Part shown: one piece after another, positions 30,471 to 41,324 of the stretch | Layout: each line of letters begins with the position of its first letter | Position numbering within the stretch: the stretch's first letter is position 1 | NCBI GenBank assembly: GCA_963760795.1 | Contig: CAVXEP010000019.1 | Coordinates: 32,001-96,000 of the forward strand | DNA: 64,000 bases | DNA from: an uncultured delta proteobacterium | GTDB taxonomy: Bacteria; Desulfobacterota; Binatia; UBA9968 | Direction: 5' to 3' | Notes under the pieces: model-generated | Seen by the model: only the letters and a program-made list of their open reading frames with translations | The model's database searches: none | Told to the model about the DNA's origin: nothing | Made by a program: the position numbers and the translations under genes

Positions 30471-30701
30471 ATGTGGTTGTTCGGCTTGATCATCGGCGCA
30501 ATCATTGGCGCGATCGGCGGTGTGGGCGGCGTCGTGCTGGGGGCGATGGCCGGTGCGGGCGCCGGTTGGGCGCTGTCGCAAAAGTTGCGCGGGCCAGGAA
30601 TCGAGCGGGTGGAGACGCTCGAGTCGGCCGTACGGCTGCTCCAGCAGCGGGTTAGTTTTCTCGAGAGCGAACAGCGCACCACGGCGCGGCAAATCCAGTA
30701 A
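30471..30701 (+). CDS. Small membrane protein, possibly a truncated DUF2339-like N-terminus
   Basis: Gly-rich TM hairpin followed by a coiled coil; GGAGG RBS. Confidence 0.45.
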   Translation: MWLFGLIIGAIIGAIGGVGGVVLGAMAGAGAGWALSQKLRGPGIERVETLESAVRLLQQRVSFLESEQRTTARQIQ

Positions 30702-30846
30702 CAAGTTTGCATGGCGCGTTGGACGCTCCCCGCGTGCGTGATACTGTCGAGCTTTGGCTTTAGGACTTCGAGACCCCTCGTCGCTTTCGGCCGATTCGCA
30801 ATCGTTCCAATAGACAGCTTGACCTGACCGAATAGCAGTTTCGCCG

Positions 30847-32130
30847 ATGATGGATGAACCGGATTCAACACTTGCCAATGAAAAACTCGCTTGGCCGATT
30901 GCACTTTTAGTTCAGCTGCGCGCCTTCGAAGCGCTCCGCCATCGCGATTACCGTTTGCTCTGGTACGGTCAGGTTTTTGGTTCCATGGGCACCTGGATGG
31001 ACCAGGTGACGCGCGGCTGGCTGATTTACGAGCTGACCGACTCGGCGCTGCAGCTCGGCTTGGTGCGCGGTATCCAGGCGATTCCATTTTTATTATTGTC
31101 GCCCATCGCCGGTAGCGCTGCGGACCGTTATCCGCGCAAATTTCAAGTGGTGGGCGCGCAGTTCGCCAGCGGTTTCCTCTATGCGGTGACGGCGGCGCTG
31201 GTGCTTGGCGGTTTGATTCGCCCTTGGCATGTCTATGTGACGGCGTTTTTGATGGCCTGCGTGCAGGTGTTCTTACAACCCTCGCGCTCGGCGATGATCT
31301 CCGATTTCGTCCCACAAAAAACGTTAACCAGCGCGATCGGTTTGAATGCCATGGTGTTCAATACGGCGCGCAGTACCGGACCAGCGCTTGCGGGATTATT
31401 GATTTCTCATTTCAGCACCGGGATTTCCTATGCGGTGCAAGCGCTGTTTATGATTCTCGCTACAGTTTGGACCACGCAGTTAAGCAAGGTGGCGCCGGGC
31501 GCACCGAGCAGCCATGGCGGTCATCAGGAGTCCTTCGGCGAGAGCATCATCGAAGGCTGGAAATTCAGCTGGCGCACTCCGGAAGTACGCACCGGCATTC
31601 TGATCGTGATTGTCGCCGCTTTGTTCATGATTCCATTCAGCACCCTGTTGCCGGTCTTTGCCCGCGATTTGCTTCAGGTTGGAGCGCGCGGGCAGGGCTT
31701 GCTGCTCACGGCCATGGGGATCGGCGCTTTATGCAGCTCGATCTTGATCGCTTCGGTGGGCGACCGATTGCCGCGCGGCCTATTGATGCTTGGAGGTGTC
31801 GCGCTTTACGGCGTGCTGGTGGTGATCTTTTCTCTGTGCCATTGGTTTCCGTTATCGATGGGGTTGATGGCAATCATCGGTTTATGCCATGTCAGTTCCC
31901 ATGCATTGGTGCAGACCGTCATTCAAACCTATTCGCCGCCGGAGTTTCGCGGCCGGGCCATCGCGATTTTCCACATGACCCAGGTATTGTTGCTGGTCGG
32001 CGGCATGCTCGTCGGCGCGCTTTCCGAGGTGCTCGGCGCGCCTTGGGCGGCATCGTCCATGGCCATCGCCGGCACGCTGTGTATGGTGGCGATCTTCGTG
32101 ACGGTGCCGCGGGCGCGCGACATTCGTTAG
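30847..32130 (+). CDS. MFS transporter (DHA3/MFS_3-like), paralog 1
   Basis: ALRHRDYRLLW, GSAADRYPRK motif A, about 12 TM helices. Confidence 0.9.
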   Translation: MMDEPDSTLANEKLAWPIALLVQLRAFEALRHRDYRLLWYGQVFGSMGTWMDQVTRGWLIYELTDSALQLGLVRGIQAIPFLLLSPIAGSAADRYPRKFQVVGAQFASGFLYAVTAALVLGGLIRPWHVYVTAFLMACVQVFLQPSRSAMISDFVPQKTLTSAIGLNAMVFNTARSTGPALAGLLISHFSTGISYAVQALFMILATVWTTQLSKVAPGAPSSHGGHQESFGESIIEGWKFSWRTPEVRTGILIVIVAALFMIPFSTLLPVFARDLLQVGARGQGLLLTAMGIGALCSSILIASVGDRLPRGLLMLGGVALYGVLVVIFSLCHWFPLSMGLMAIIGLCHVSSHALVQTVIQTYSPPEFRGRAIAIFHMTQVLLLVGGMLVGALSEVLGAPWAASSMAIAGTLCMVAIFVTVPRARDIR

Positions 32131-32180
32131 CCAGCCGTTGCCGTCAATCGGCGTGGCGGCGCGATCGAGCGGGCGAGTGA

Positions 32181-32267
32181 TGGGCGGTGCCTTTGATGAG
32201 TCTCGCCGGCATGGTTTTGCTGATCGGGATGTATCTGACCCTTGTGCAGGCGAGGCTGCTTCAGTGA
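32181..32267 (+). pseudogene. C-terminal remnant of a fourth MFS paralog
   Basis: WAVPLMSLAGMVLLIGMYLTLVQARLLQ* aligns by eye with WAAALMSIAGTLSMLALYLFSPQARHIR* of the next gene. Confidence 0.65.
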
Positions 32268-32338
32268 CTAGCGATTGAGTGGCTAGTGAGTTGTCCGCCT
32301 TGCGATAATTTGCGCGCCGGAGTTTTCGTCAATTTACC

Positions 32339-33584
32339 ATGTGGTTTAACTGGCTTGTCCAATTCAAAATCTTCGAAGCGCTGCGCCATCCGCAATACCG
32401 CTTGTTGTGGATCAGCCATGTGTTCTCGGCGATGGGCACCTGGATGGATCAGGTGTCGCGCGGCTGGCTGATCTACGAGCTGACCAATTCTTCGTTTCAG
32501 TTGGGGCTGGTGCGCGGCGTGCAAGCGCTGCCGATCTTGCTGCTATCGCCGATTGCCGGCAGCACCGCCGACCGCTACTCGCGCAAGTCGCAGGTGATGG
32601 TGGCGTTGGTGGCGGACGCGTTTTTCTATGGACTTCTTGGCCGTGCTGATCTTTACCGGCTCGGTGCAACCCTGGCATGTTTATGCCAGCGCGGTCTGCA
32701 TGGCTTCGGTGTGGACGTTTCAGCAGCCGTCACGGGCGGCGATGGTGTCCGACTCCGTGCCGTCGGAATCCCTGACCAATGCTATCGGCCTCAACGCGAT
32801 GATGTTTAATGTCGCGCGCATTACCGGTCCGGCGGTGGCGGGTCTAATCATCGCCGGCTGGAGCAGCGGCGGCGCCTATACGGTTCAGGCGCTGTTTTAC
32901 ATTTTGGCGGCGATCTGGAACGTCAAGTTGCGCGACGATCGGCATGGGTCCTCCAGCGCCCATGGCCACGCCGAGCATGACGATGGGTTTTTTCAAAGCA
33001 TTGTCGAAGGCTGGAAGTTCAGTTGGCAAAACGTCGAGGTTCGCACCGGGCTGCTGGTGGTGATCTGGGCGTCTTTGTTTATCATTCCGTTCAATACGCT
33101 GTTGCCGGTGTTCGCGCGCGACTTGCTTGGCGTCGGCGCCAAAGGGCAAGGAATGCTGCTCACCTCTATGGGCGCCGGCGCGCTCGCCAGCTCGGTGCTG
33201 ATCGCGACTTTTGGCGACCGCATGCCGCGCGGCCGGCTGATGATCGGCGGCGTCGGCGTGTACGGGCTGTTGGTCGCGGTCTTCGCCATGTCGACCTGGT
33301 TTCCGCTGTCGATGGTGCTGATGGCGGTTATGGGGCTGTTCCATGTGGCGTCCCACGCGCTCGTGCAGACGGTCATTCAGGCCTATTCGCCGCCTGAGTT
33401 TCGCGGTCGCACCATGGCGCTGTTTCACCAGACCCATGTGATCTTGATGGCCGGCGGCTTGATCATCGGCGCTCTGGCGTCGGCCATCGGCGCGCAATGG
33501 GCCGCTGCGCTGATGAGCATCGCCGGCACGCTGTCCATGCTCGCGCTCTATCTGTTCAGCCCGCAGGCGCGGCACATTCGTTAG
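32339..33584 (+). CDS. MFS transporter paralog 2, frameshifted near 32630
   Basis: Same motifs as paralog 1, split over ORFs 32339-32809 and 32628-33584. Confidence 0.88.
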
Positions 33585-33842
33585 CCAATCCCGCTATCTC
33601 ATTGAACCCGAAATCCTAAAGTTGCATCTAAGGCATAACCGCCGCGCTCTGATAGCTCCGCTGTTTTTGCGCGAAATATCGCTTCGTGGCTTTTCTCCAC
33701 GGTCAAAATGCCGCTGTTGCGCCGTCAACTTTTCGACGGCGGCGGACCTGTGGCGCGGGTGAACTTAATTGCCGAGATCAGTTTACCGCGGGGGTTAAAG
33801 TTATCGCCGTGCGCACCGATTGAGTTTGTGAGAACGGGGAAG

Positions 33843-34439
33843 ATGGAAATGCAAAACAGTATAGTCAAGACACGGCGGAGCCTGGGAGATGTCGACGGCG
33901 GCGCGGATTTCGATTACTCACGGATCCTCCGCGTGGTTGGCCAGGAGCTCGAAGCCAAGGGGATATCCACTTGCTGTCTATGGGTGGAAGCGAACCGTGT
34001 CGATGTCATCGGTCTGTGCACCAGCAGCGCCAACGGTGTTGTTGAGGCGGGGTTTTGGCAGCGTCTCAAATCGAAAAACGGCGCTGCGGGCTATACAACC
34101 ATTAAGTTGGGCTATTCCATCGAGGGGTTGATGCGGTTCGACGAACTTAACCAAGCTAAACGGACGCTCGCTTCGCCCCGTGCCGATTTTCTCAAGCTCT
34201 CCGAGCAACTGCGCACCGTCGGCGCCATTGTCGATCGCCGCGGCGGCCAATTGATCCGACTAGACCGCACGGCTTACGACGGCATGATTTCGTCTTTCAC
34301 CGTGCAGTATAAAATGGCCACCGGCGCGTTGGTAACCGAAGAATTTAGCGCTCAGAGTCTTTACGATTTTTCGGTGCAGATCTTCATGATGGAAAAGCGC
34401 CGGTCGGGCAACAGTCCAGAGGTCTCGCAGGCAGCTTAG
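33843..34439 (+). CDS. Hypothetical protein with an internal duplication
   Basis: DYSRILRVVGQELEAKG versus KLSEQLRTVGAIVDRRG. Confidence 0.65.
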   Translation: MEMQNSIVKTRRSLGDVDGGADFDYSRILRVVGQELEAKGISTCCLWVEANRVDVIGLCTSSANGVVEAGFWQRLKSKNGAAGYTTIKLGYSIEGLMRFDELNQAKRTLASPRADFLKLSEQLRTVGAIVDRRGGQLIRLDRTAYDGMISSFTVQYKMATGALVTEEFSAQSLYDFSVQIFMMEKRRSGNSPEVSQAA

Positions 34440-34686
34440 TAGCTTGCGCGTTCGTTAGTTTTCCCGCTATCCCAAATCTCTCGCCCGTGCCGAGGCCCTC
34501 ATTGCCTTCAATTCTCAAGCGCCGCTGGACGCGCTCATTTCGCTCGTGCTATAGCCAAAACATCATGCGTTTTCGTCAGTCATTCGGGAGTCGGTCCTGA
34601 GCTCCGTTCCAGGCGATAAGGAAAGCCTTCGCGATTCACTCGATGCCGAGGCCGCGGGTTCCGCGGCGCAACCCAAGCGGGAGCCG

Positions 34687-35925
34687 TTGGCTTGGTTATA
34701 CCGACATCGTGCCGCCGAAATTCTGCGCTATCGCGATTTCCGCTTATTGTGGTTCGGCCATGTGTTCGGTTCCATGTCGTTCTGGATGGACCAGGTGACG
34801 CGCGGCTGGCTGATCTATGAACTGACCGATTCCACCGTGCAGTTGGGCATGATCCGCGGCGTCCAGGCGATCCCGATACTATTTCTCTCGCCGATTGCCG
34901 GCAGTGTTGCCGATCGTTACTCGCGCAAGAAGCAAATCCTCATTACTCAGATCGCTGATGGCGCGATGTTGGCGGTGCTGGCGCTGTTGATTCTTTACGG
35001 TGCGGTCGAGCCTTGGCATGTCTACGTCTCCGCGTTTGGCATGGCGGTGGTGCAAACCTTTCACCAGCCGGCGCGGACGGCGATCATGACCGATACCGTG
35101 CCGGCGAGCCATTTGACCAACGCCATCGGCCTCAACTCGATGATCTTCAATGTCGCGCGCAGCCTGGGCCCGGCACTGGCCGGCGTTTTGATCTCTTGGA
35201 GCGGCACGGGCGGCGCCTACACCGTCCAGGCGATTTTTTATTTACTCGCGACTTTTTGGACTCTACGTTTGAGCGATATCGACGCCGGCGCCGCCCGCAC
35301 CGGCGGCCATGACGCACATCGGTTTTCCTTAGGCAGCAGTATCGTCGAGGGTTGGAAGTTCAGTTGGCAAAATGAAAACGTCCGCACCGCGCTATTGATC
35401 GCCATGCTGGCGGCGTTCTTTATCGTGCCGTTCACGACGCTCCTACCGGTGTTTGCCCGCGATATTCTACAAGTCGGCGCCTCCGGCCAAGGCTTGCTGC
35501 TGACGGCGATGGGTGTCGGCGCGCTTGGCAGCGCCGTGATGATCACCGGCTTCGGCGATCGCATGCCGCGCGGCAAAATCATGCTAGGCGGCGCGGCGGT
35601 TTATGGACTCGGCGCCGCCGTCTTCGCATTTTCGCCGTGGTTTCAGCTGGCGATGTTCTTGATGATTATTATCGGCTTAGCCAATGTCTGTACCCACGCG
35701 CTGGTGCAGACGGTGATCCAAACCTATTCGCCGCCGCAATTCCGCGGCCGCACCATCGCGCTGTTTCATATGAGCCAGGTGGTGATGACCGTCGGCAGCA
35801 TGTTCATCGGATCCCTCGCCGCGCTTTCCGGCACGCAGTGGGCGGTGGTGCTGATGGGCAGCGCCGGCGCGTTGGCGATGCTGGTAATTCATATTCTATT
35901 GCCGCGCGCCTGGCATATTCGCTAA
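34687..35925 (+). CDS. MFS transporter paralog 3
   Basis: LRYRDFRLLW, WMDQVTRGWLIYELT, GSVADRYSRK. Confidence 0.9.
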   Translation: MAWLYRHRAAEILRYRDFRLLWFGHVFGSMSFWMDQVTRGWLIYELTDSTVQLGMIRGVQAIPILFLSPIAGSVADRYSRKKQILITQIADGAMLAVLALLILYGAVEPWHVYVSAFGMAVVQTFHQPARTAIMTDTVPASHLTNAIGLNSMIFNVARSLGPALAGVLISWSGTGGAYTVQAIFYLLATFWTLRLSDIDAGAARTGGHDAHRFSLGSSIVEGWKFSWQNENVRTALLIAMLAAFFIVPFTTLLPVFARDILQVGASGQGLLLTAMGVGALGSAVMITGFGDRMPRGKIMLGGAAVYGLGAAVFAFSPWFQLAMFLMIIIGLANVCTHALVQTVIQTYSPPQFRGRTIALFHMSQVVMTVGSMFIGSLAALSGTQWAVVLMGSAGALAMLVIHILLPRAWHIR

Positions 35926-35946
35926 TACGCAATCGAGGATAGACTC

Positions 35947-36948
35947 TTGGAATATCGAGGATTGAAAGACAAGGATTCGCTCCAGATCGAGACGCCATTG
36001 GAACCCGAGCTGCCGATCTGTGATGCCCATCATCACCTCTGGGAGCGGCCGCCGCACGGCTATTTGCTCGACGATTTACTTTTGGACTTGCGCGCTGGCC
36101 ACAACATAGTTTCGACGGTCGCGATCGAGTGCCACTACGGCTATCGGAAAAGCGGCCCCGAGGAGCTGCAGCCGGTCGGCGAAGTCGAGTTTCTCGAAGC
36201 GGTGGCCCAGCAAGTCGCCGCGAATCCCGCAATCACAAGCCGCATCGCGGCAGCCATTGTCGGCCATGCTAACCTCACACTTGGCGACGCAGTGGCGCCA
36301 GTGCTCGAAGCCCATTTGACGGCGAGCTCGCAGCGCTTCCGCGGCATCCGCCACTCGACGACTTGGGACGCCAGCGACGCGTTGCGCAGCGAGGCGGCGC
36401 GAGGATTGCTCGCCGACGATGGTTTCCGCCGCGGCTTCGCCTGGCTGGAAAAACTTGGCTTGAGTTTCGACGCTTGGGTCTATCATCCGCAGTTGCTGGA
36501 AGTGGCGCAATTGGCGCGGCGTTTTCCCGGCGTCACGATTATTCTCAATCACATCGGGGCGCCGCTGGGTGTCGGTCCCTACGCCGGCAAACGCGATGAG
36601 GTGTTTCAGGAATGGAGCCAAGGGATCGCCACGATCGCCGCTTGTCCCAATGTCGCGGTTAAACTGGGCGGCGTCGGTTCGCTTAGGTCGGGCTACGATT
36701 GGCATGAGCGCGCGGTCAAGCCGTCATCGCAAGAGTTGGCGCAAGTCTTAAAACCTTATTTCGACCACTGCATCGAGCGATTCGGCGTTGAGCGCTGCAT
36801 GTTCGAGAGCAACTTTCCTGTGGAGAAGTCATCCAACGGCTATGTCAATCTTTGGAACGCATTCAAGAAAATCACCCGGCACTACTCCATCAGCGAACGC
36901 GCCGCGTTGTTTCACGACACGGCGGCGCGGCTTTATCGCATCGGTTGA
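35947..36948 (+). CDS. Amidohydrolase_2 family protein (lactonase-like)
   Basis: CDAHHHLW, FRGIRH, LNHIGAP, MFESNFPV. Confidence 0.9.
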   Translation: MEYRGLKDKDSLQIETPLEPELPICDAHHHLWERPPHGYLLDDLLLDLRAGHNIVSTVAIECHYGYRKSGPEELQPVGEVEFLEAVAQQVAANPAITSRIAAAIVGHANLTLGDAVAPVLEAHLTASSQRFRGIRHSTTWDASDALRSEAARGLLADDGFRRGFAWLEKLGLSFDAWVYHPQLLEVAQLARRFPGVTIILNHIGAPLGVGPYAGKRDEVFQEWSQGIATIAACPNVAVKLGGVGSLRSGYDWHERAVKPSSQELAQVLKPYFDHCIERFGVERCMFESNFPVEKSSNGYVNLWNAFKKITRHYSISERAALFHDTAARLYRIG

Positions 36949-36962
36949 AATCTGCCGCGTGC

Positions 36963-38042
36963 TTATTTTAGTTTCGGCAGGATTTCATTACCCCACAGGT
37001 CGATCGCTTCGGGAACATCCGGCCCGAGCGGCACGCCGATGGCGATCTCGCTGAAGCCATGGCGCGCTGCCAGGGAAAATAGTTCGCGAAATCGATCAAT
37101 GCACTCGTCTGGCGTGCCGGCGATGATCAGACGATCGACCGCGTCGTCGGGCGTGAGCGCTGCGGCGTCGTCGACGCCGCGATTTTCCGCGTAGGCATGG
37201 CGCACCGCCTGAATCGCCTTGGGGTCGATGCCTTTTGCCACCAGCGCGTCATCGGGCCATCCCGACACGATATGGGAGACAAAGCGTTTGGCATGTTGGC
37301 GGGCGGCTTGGCGGTCGCGCGATATCGAAGCGTTGAGCAGCATGGTTTTGCGCAGCGGCTCAGCAGCTCCGGATTGCGCGCGCGCGTCGTTGAGCCGCGC
37401 CAGTGAAGCTTCCATGTCGGCGATGCCGTAAAGGGTTTGTAAAATCACTCCGTCGAAATGGCGCGCGACTAAATCGAGCACGGCGGGTTTGAGCAGGCTT
37501 GGCCCGTAATAGAGGTGGATCGGCGCCGGAGTTTTGAAACGTAGCGCGTAATGTTCCGAGTTGAGATGAAAATAATCGGCCAGGGTCGGAATGTCCTTCC
37601 GGTGAAGCGTGTCACCGGCAAACAAGCTGCGCAACGCGACCGCTAGTTCCGCCATGATCGTCAACGGTTTGGTGCGCACCACATGGCGGGTCAGGATCGA
37701 GCGCGACCCCGGACCCAAGCCAAGTGAAATTTCCTTGCCGTTGGCGAGCTCGGACATGGTGGCAAACGCCATCGCCACGTCGATTGGATTGCGAAAGTAG
37801 GGCACTGTCACAGCGGTGCCGAGCTTCACCGGTAAGCTTGCCAGGATAGCCGCGGAGCTGGCGAGGACGCTGCGATATTCTAAATTGTCATTCGTCCATA
37901 CTCGGGTGAAGCCAAATGGCCCCATGGTTTTCAACGCGCGCTCCGCCAGGCCGATGAGTTCCGGCAGGGTGTAGCGGTTGAGCACGTGGAGCGGATAATG
38001 AATGCCGATCTCGCCAGTGAAAGTTACTGGTTGGTAAGCCAT
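36963..38042 (-). CDS. LLM-class (luciferase-like/Mer) flavin- or F420-dependent oxidoreductase
   Basis: KLGTAVTVPYFRNP, LGLGPG, IAGTPDEC. Confidence 0.85.
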   Translation of the reverse strand: MAYQPVTFTGEIGIHYPLHVLNRYTLPELIGLAERALKTMGPFGFTRVWTNDNLEYRSVLASSAAILASLPVKLGTAVTVPYFRNPIDVAMAFATMSELANGKEISLGLGPGSRSILTRHVVRTKPLTIMAELAVALRSLFAGDTLHRKDIPTLADYFHLNSEHYALRFKTPAPIHLYYGPSLLKPAVLDLVARHFDGVILQTLYGIADMEASLARLNDARAQSGAAEPLRKTMLLNASISRDRQAARQHAKRFVSHIVSGWPDDALVAKGIDPKAIQAVRHAYAENRGVDDAAALTPDDAVDRLIIAGTPDECIDRFRELFSLAARHGFSEIAIGVPLGPDVPEAIDLWGNEILPKLK

Positions 38043-38163
38043 TGGATCGGGTTAGCACGGTCGCGCCGCGCAAGTCAAAGCAATTACTGACGCGGCGGCT
38101 TGCACCCGAGGTGGTTTTCGATTACCGGTGGGACGTAATTTCAATCCAATCGAGGAATTGGTC

Positions 38164-39147
38164 ATGAGTAAATCCGAAGTACAAAGCGGCGTAGTGAACT
38201 GTCTCGGCGCGCCGTGGCCGGAGGATCTGTCGGCGGCGTTTATCGATCAATTGCACGGCCAAGGCGTTACACTGGTCGGCTGCACTGGCAATCTCACTTG
38301 GGATGACACGCTGGAGAGCATCGAGAACTTCGAGGTCGTTAAGACTATTGTGCGCGAGCATCCGCACGCCTACATCCTGCGTCGTGCGGCGGATATCGAT
38401 TGTCCCGAGCATCGCGGCAAAGTCGGTGTGTTGCTCGGCCTGCAAAATCCCAAGGCGCTGAGCGATAGCTTGGGATTGCTCGACGCTTTCTTCGACCTAG
38501 GTTTGCGCTGTCTGTCCTTGGCGTTCAGCGAAAATAGCTACTACGGCTGCGGCCATGCCAGCGAAGTCGATACTGGTCTCACGTCGCTCGGCCGCCAGGC
38601 GATCAAACGCATGAATCGGCTTGGCATCGTCATCGATCTGTCTCATTCCGGTGACCGCACCGCCCTGGAAGCGCTTGACCTCTCGGAGCAGCCAGTGATC
38701 TTCAGCCACTCGACCAGCCGGACGTTGTTCAACCGGCCGCGCAGCGCCCCCGATCCGCTGATCGTCGCGGCGGCCAAGAAGGGCGGGGTGATCTGCCAGG
38801 ATGTGCGCGCCAACACCAGCGTCGCGGAATATGTCGATTGGGTCGACTACTGCGTCAAGCTCGCCGGCATCGATCACATCGGCGTGGCGGCGCAGGACGA
38901 TTTTCACCGTTCTTACAAAGACACCAAGCGCATCGCGCCCTATCTGCCCTCCTACGCTGCGGAACTCAAGAAACGCGATTGGCGCGACGACCGCGTCGTG
39001 CGGCGCGGCGGCATCGGCGCCAAACTACTCGATCGAGAAAATTTGCCGGCGGAATTCAAACGGCGCAATTATTCCGACGAGGCGATCGAAAAAATTCTCG
39101 GCGGCAATCTAATGCGGGTAATGCGCGAGGTGTTGCCGAGGAATTGA
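38164..39147 (+). CDS. Membrane dipeptidase (M19)-like protein
   Basis: GLTSLGRQAIKRMNRLGIVIDLSH, PVIFSHS, GIDHIGV, KILGGNLMRV. Confidence 0.85.
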   Translation: MSKSEVQSGVVNCLGAPWPEDLSAAFIDQLHGQGVTLVGCTGNLTWDDTLESIENFEVVKTIVREHPHAYILRRAADIDCPEHRGKVGVLLGLQNPKALSDSLGLLDAFFDLGLRCLSLAFSENSYYGCGHASEVDTGLTSLGRQAIKRMNRLGIVIDLSHSGDRTALEALDLSEQPVIFSHSTSRTLFNRPRSAPDPLIVAAAKKGGVICQDVRANTSVAEYVDWVDYCVKLAGIDHIGVAAQDDFHRSYKDTKRIAPYLPSYAAELKKRDWRDDRVVRRGGIGAKLLDRENLPAEFKRRNYSDEAIEKILGGNLMRVMREVLPRN

Positions 39148-39388
39148 TGGTTCAAAGGTAACCCCACGGCTTCGGCCGGATCGTTCCTATCAATTGCGAC
39201 CGAAGGGACTCACGGTAGATTTGGCTCAAACGCATTAGACGTGGCAAGTCTTGCGTACCGTCACAAGCAAATCCCCCTTCATCCCCCTTTTCCAAAGGGG
39301 GAATCGATGATTGCGGCCGGTAGCTGCTGCAGCGCCATGTTCTGAGAACAGGATTGGCGCATGATTAGGCTTGCCGGAGATATCCGAC

Positions 39389-40669
39389 TCATTCTCTCCG
39401 AAGATTCGCCCAGGGTCTGATCAATAAAGACGTCATGGCGGAAGAGAGCAGCAACGATCCGGCCATCGCCCAGAAAACCAAGGCATAGCTTTGCGTGCGG
39501 TCGTAGACATAGCCGGCGAGGACCGGGCCGAGCACCGCGCCCCAGGTGTAGAAAAGATTCATATTGCCGCGGATGGCGCCGAAGGATTTCCGGCCGAAGA
39601 AATCGCCCACCGAAGCCCAAAAAACCGGAATCGAAGCGTCGAGCACCGAATAGAACGCGGTGAAAAACCACAGCGCCCAGAGCGAGCTGCTCCACAGCAT
39701 CGGCAAGACCGCGACAAATCCCAAGAGCAAACAAAACGTCACCAGCTTCGGCTTATTGACGAAGTCGGCGATCCAGCCGAGCAAGAAGTGAATCGGCAAG
39801 TTTATGATCGCGAAGCCGGCCAACAGCACCGAGGCTTCGGTCTGACTCATGCCTTTCCACACCATCATCGGAATGAAATGGGTCGTGACGGTGGTGAAAG
39901 CCGCCGAGCGCGCGGTCATGGATAGAATCAGATTCCAGAAGATCGGCGAGCGAAAGGCTTGGCGCGCGCTGACCTCCGGTTCGTTGACAGCGTTGTTTGT
40001 CGACTGCGCGCCGCTCTTGTCGCCTTGGGGGTTTTCCAATGGTCCGCCGTCGGGAGCCATACCGACGCTTTCCGGCGAGCGGCGAATCGCCAGCGATAAC
40101 GGAACGCCACCGGCGATGAACAAGCCGCCGGCAACCAGCGCGGCCCAGCGCCAACCGAAATTTTGCACGGCGACGGCGAGCAGCGGCGTGATGAGGGCGC
40201 CACCGATGGGCACGGCAGCGCTGACCACGGTCATGGCGCGGGCGCGCAGCTTGATGAACCAACTGTTGGCGACCACAGTGGGCGCGTGCACGAAGCCGGC
40301 GTTAAACGCCAGTGAGATGACGCCAAGATAGACGATCAAAAACGTTGTGTAGCTGTGGACGAAGGCAAAAAGCATATAGCCGATGCCGGCGAACAGAGTG
40401 GCGGCGAGCATGAGCGGCTTCGGCCCGTAGCGATCGAGCAGGTAGCCGACGATGGGCGCGGTGAGGGAGCCTTCGGCGCGCGCCAGAGAAAACGCCAGCG
40501 AGGTCGAAGCGCGGGTCAGGCCGAGGTCCTGGGTGACCGGCAGGAAAAATACCGTGAAGCCATATTGATGCAACCCGCCGCCGAGTATGCGCAGCGCCGA
40601 GACCACGCCGATCATACGCCAGCCGTAGTAGAGTCCGGAGATGCGTTTGCGGATGTCGGAGCTGCTCAC
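39389..40669 (-). CDS. MFS transporter (monocarboxylate/OFA-like)
   Basis: YYGW start, GYLLDRYGPK motif A, WFIKLRARA. Confidence 0.9.
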   Translation of the reverse strand: MSSSDIRKRISGLYYGWRMIGVVSALRILGGGLHQYGFTVFFLPVTQDLGLTRASTSLAFSLARAEGSLTAPIVGYLLDRYGPKPLMLAATLFAGIGYMLFAFVHSYTTFLIVYLGVISLAFNAGFVHAPTVVANSWFIKLRARAMTVVSAAVPIGGALITPLLAVAVQNFGWRWAALVAGGLFIAGGVPLSLAIRRSPESVGMAPDGGPLENPQGDKSGAQSTNNAVNEPEVSARQAFRSPIFWNLILSMTARSAAFTTVTTHFIPMMVWKGMSQTEASVLLAGFAIINLPIHFLLGWIADFVNKPKLVTFCLLLGFVAVLPMLWSSSLWALWFFTAFYSVLDASIPVFWASVGDFFGRKSFGAIRGNMNLFYTWGAVLGPVLAGYVYDRTQSYALVFWAMAGSLLLSSAMTSLLIRPWANLRRE

Positions 40670-40783
40670 GGTTGCGCCAATGCTCGATGCCTTCGGTGTC
40701 GGTGATACAGCGATTCTATCGGAGCTGCCAGCGGCGAACGGCTGGTGGGATTTCGATTATTTTCAACAGCGGCCGGATACGGT

Positions 40784-41179
40784 TTACTTGCTGGCGCCGA
40801 CCCAGCCGGCGTTGGAAACATCGATCACTTGGTCATCAATCACGACGCACTTGACTTCGAAATAGGACTGCGGCTTGGACGGATCGTCGTGATTGACTTC
40901 GTTGCGTTGATTGAGCGGTTTGCCGCCGAGGGCGCGAATTTTTTCCACAGCGGCGTCGACATCGTCGACTTGAAAGCCGACGTGGTCGACGCCCAACTTC
41001 ATGGTCTCGCCCTCGACCACGCCGCGCATGTTGAGGATCGCGATGTTGAGATAGCCGTCGGTGAGATAGATGCCGCTCTGGCCGACGCCGACCTGTTCGA
41101 GGCCGAAGGCTTCTTTGTAGAAGGCTGCGGTTTTCTCGATGTCGTGGGTTCTGATCGCGATATGTTTGATTTTGGCCAT
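40784..41179 (-). CDS. VOC/glyoxalase family protein
   Basis: IKHIAIRT, YLTDG, DHVGFQVDD. Confidence 0.9.
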   Translation of the reverse strand: MAKIKHIAIRTHDIEKTAAFYKEAFGLEQVGVGQSGIYLTDGYLNIAILNMRGVVEGETMKLGVDHVGFQVDDVDAAVEKIRALGGKPLNQRNEVNHDDPSKPQSYFEVKCVVIDDQVIDVSNAGWVGASK

Positions 41180-41324
41180 AAATTTGTCCTCTGGATTCGT
41201 CTACCATGGGGTGGTAGCCGACCGCAACGCACGACAGCTCCTGGTAGCCGCGGCCAATCTGGGGCTAGCCGGATTGACGGCGCCAACGTCGATCTGATAT
41301 CGACGCGTCAACAGAGAGAGTCCG

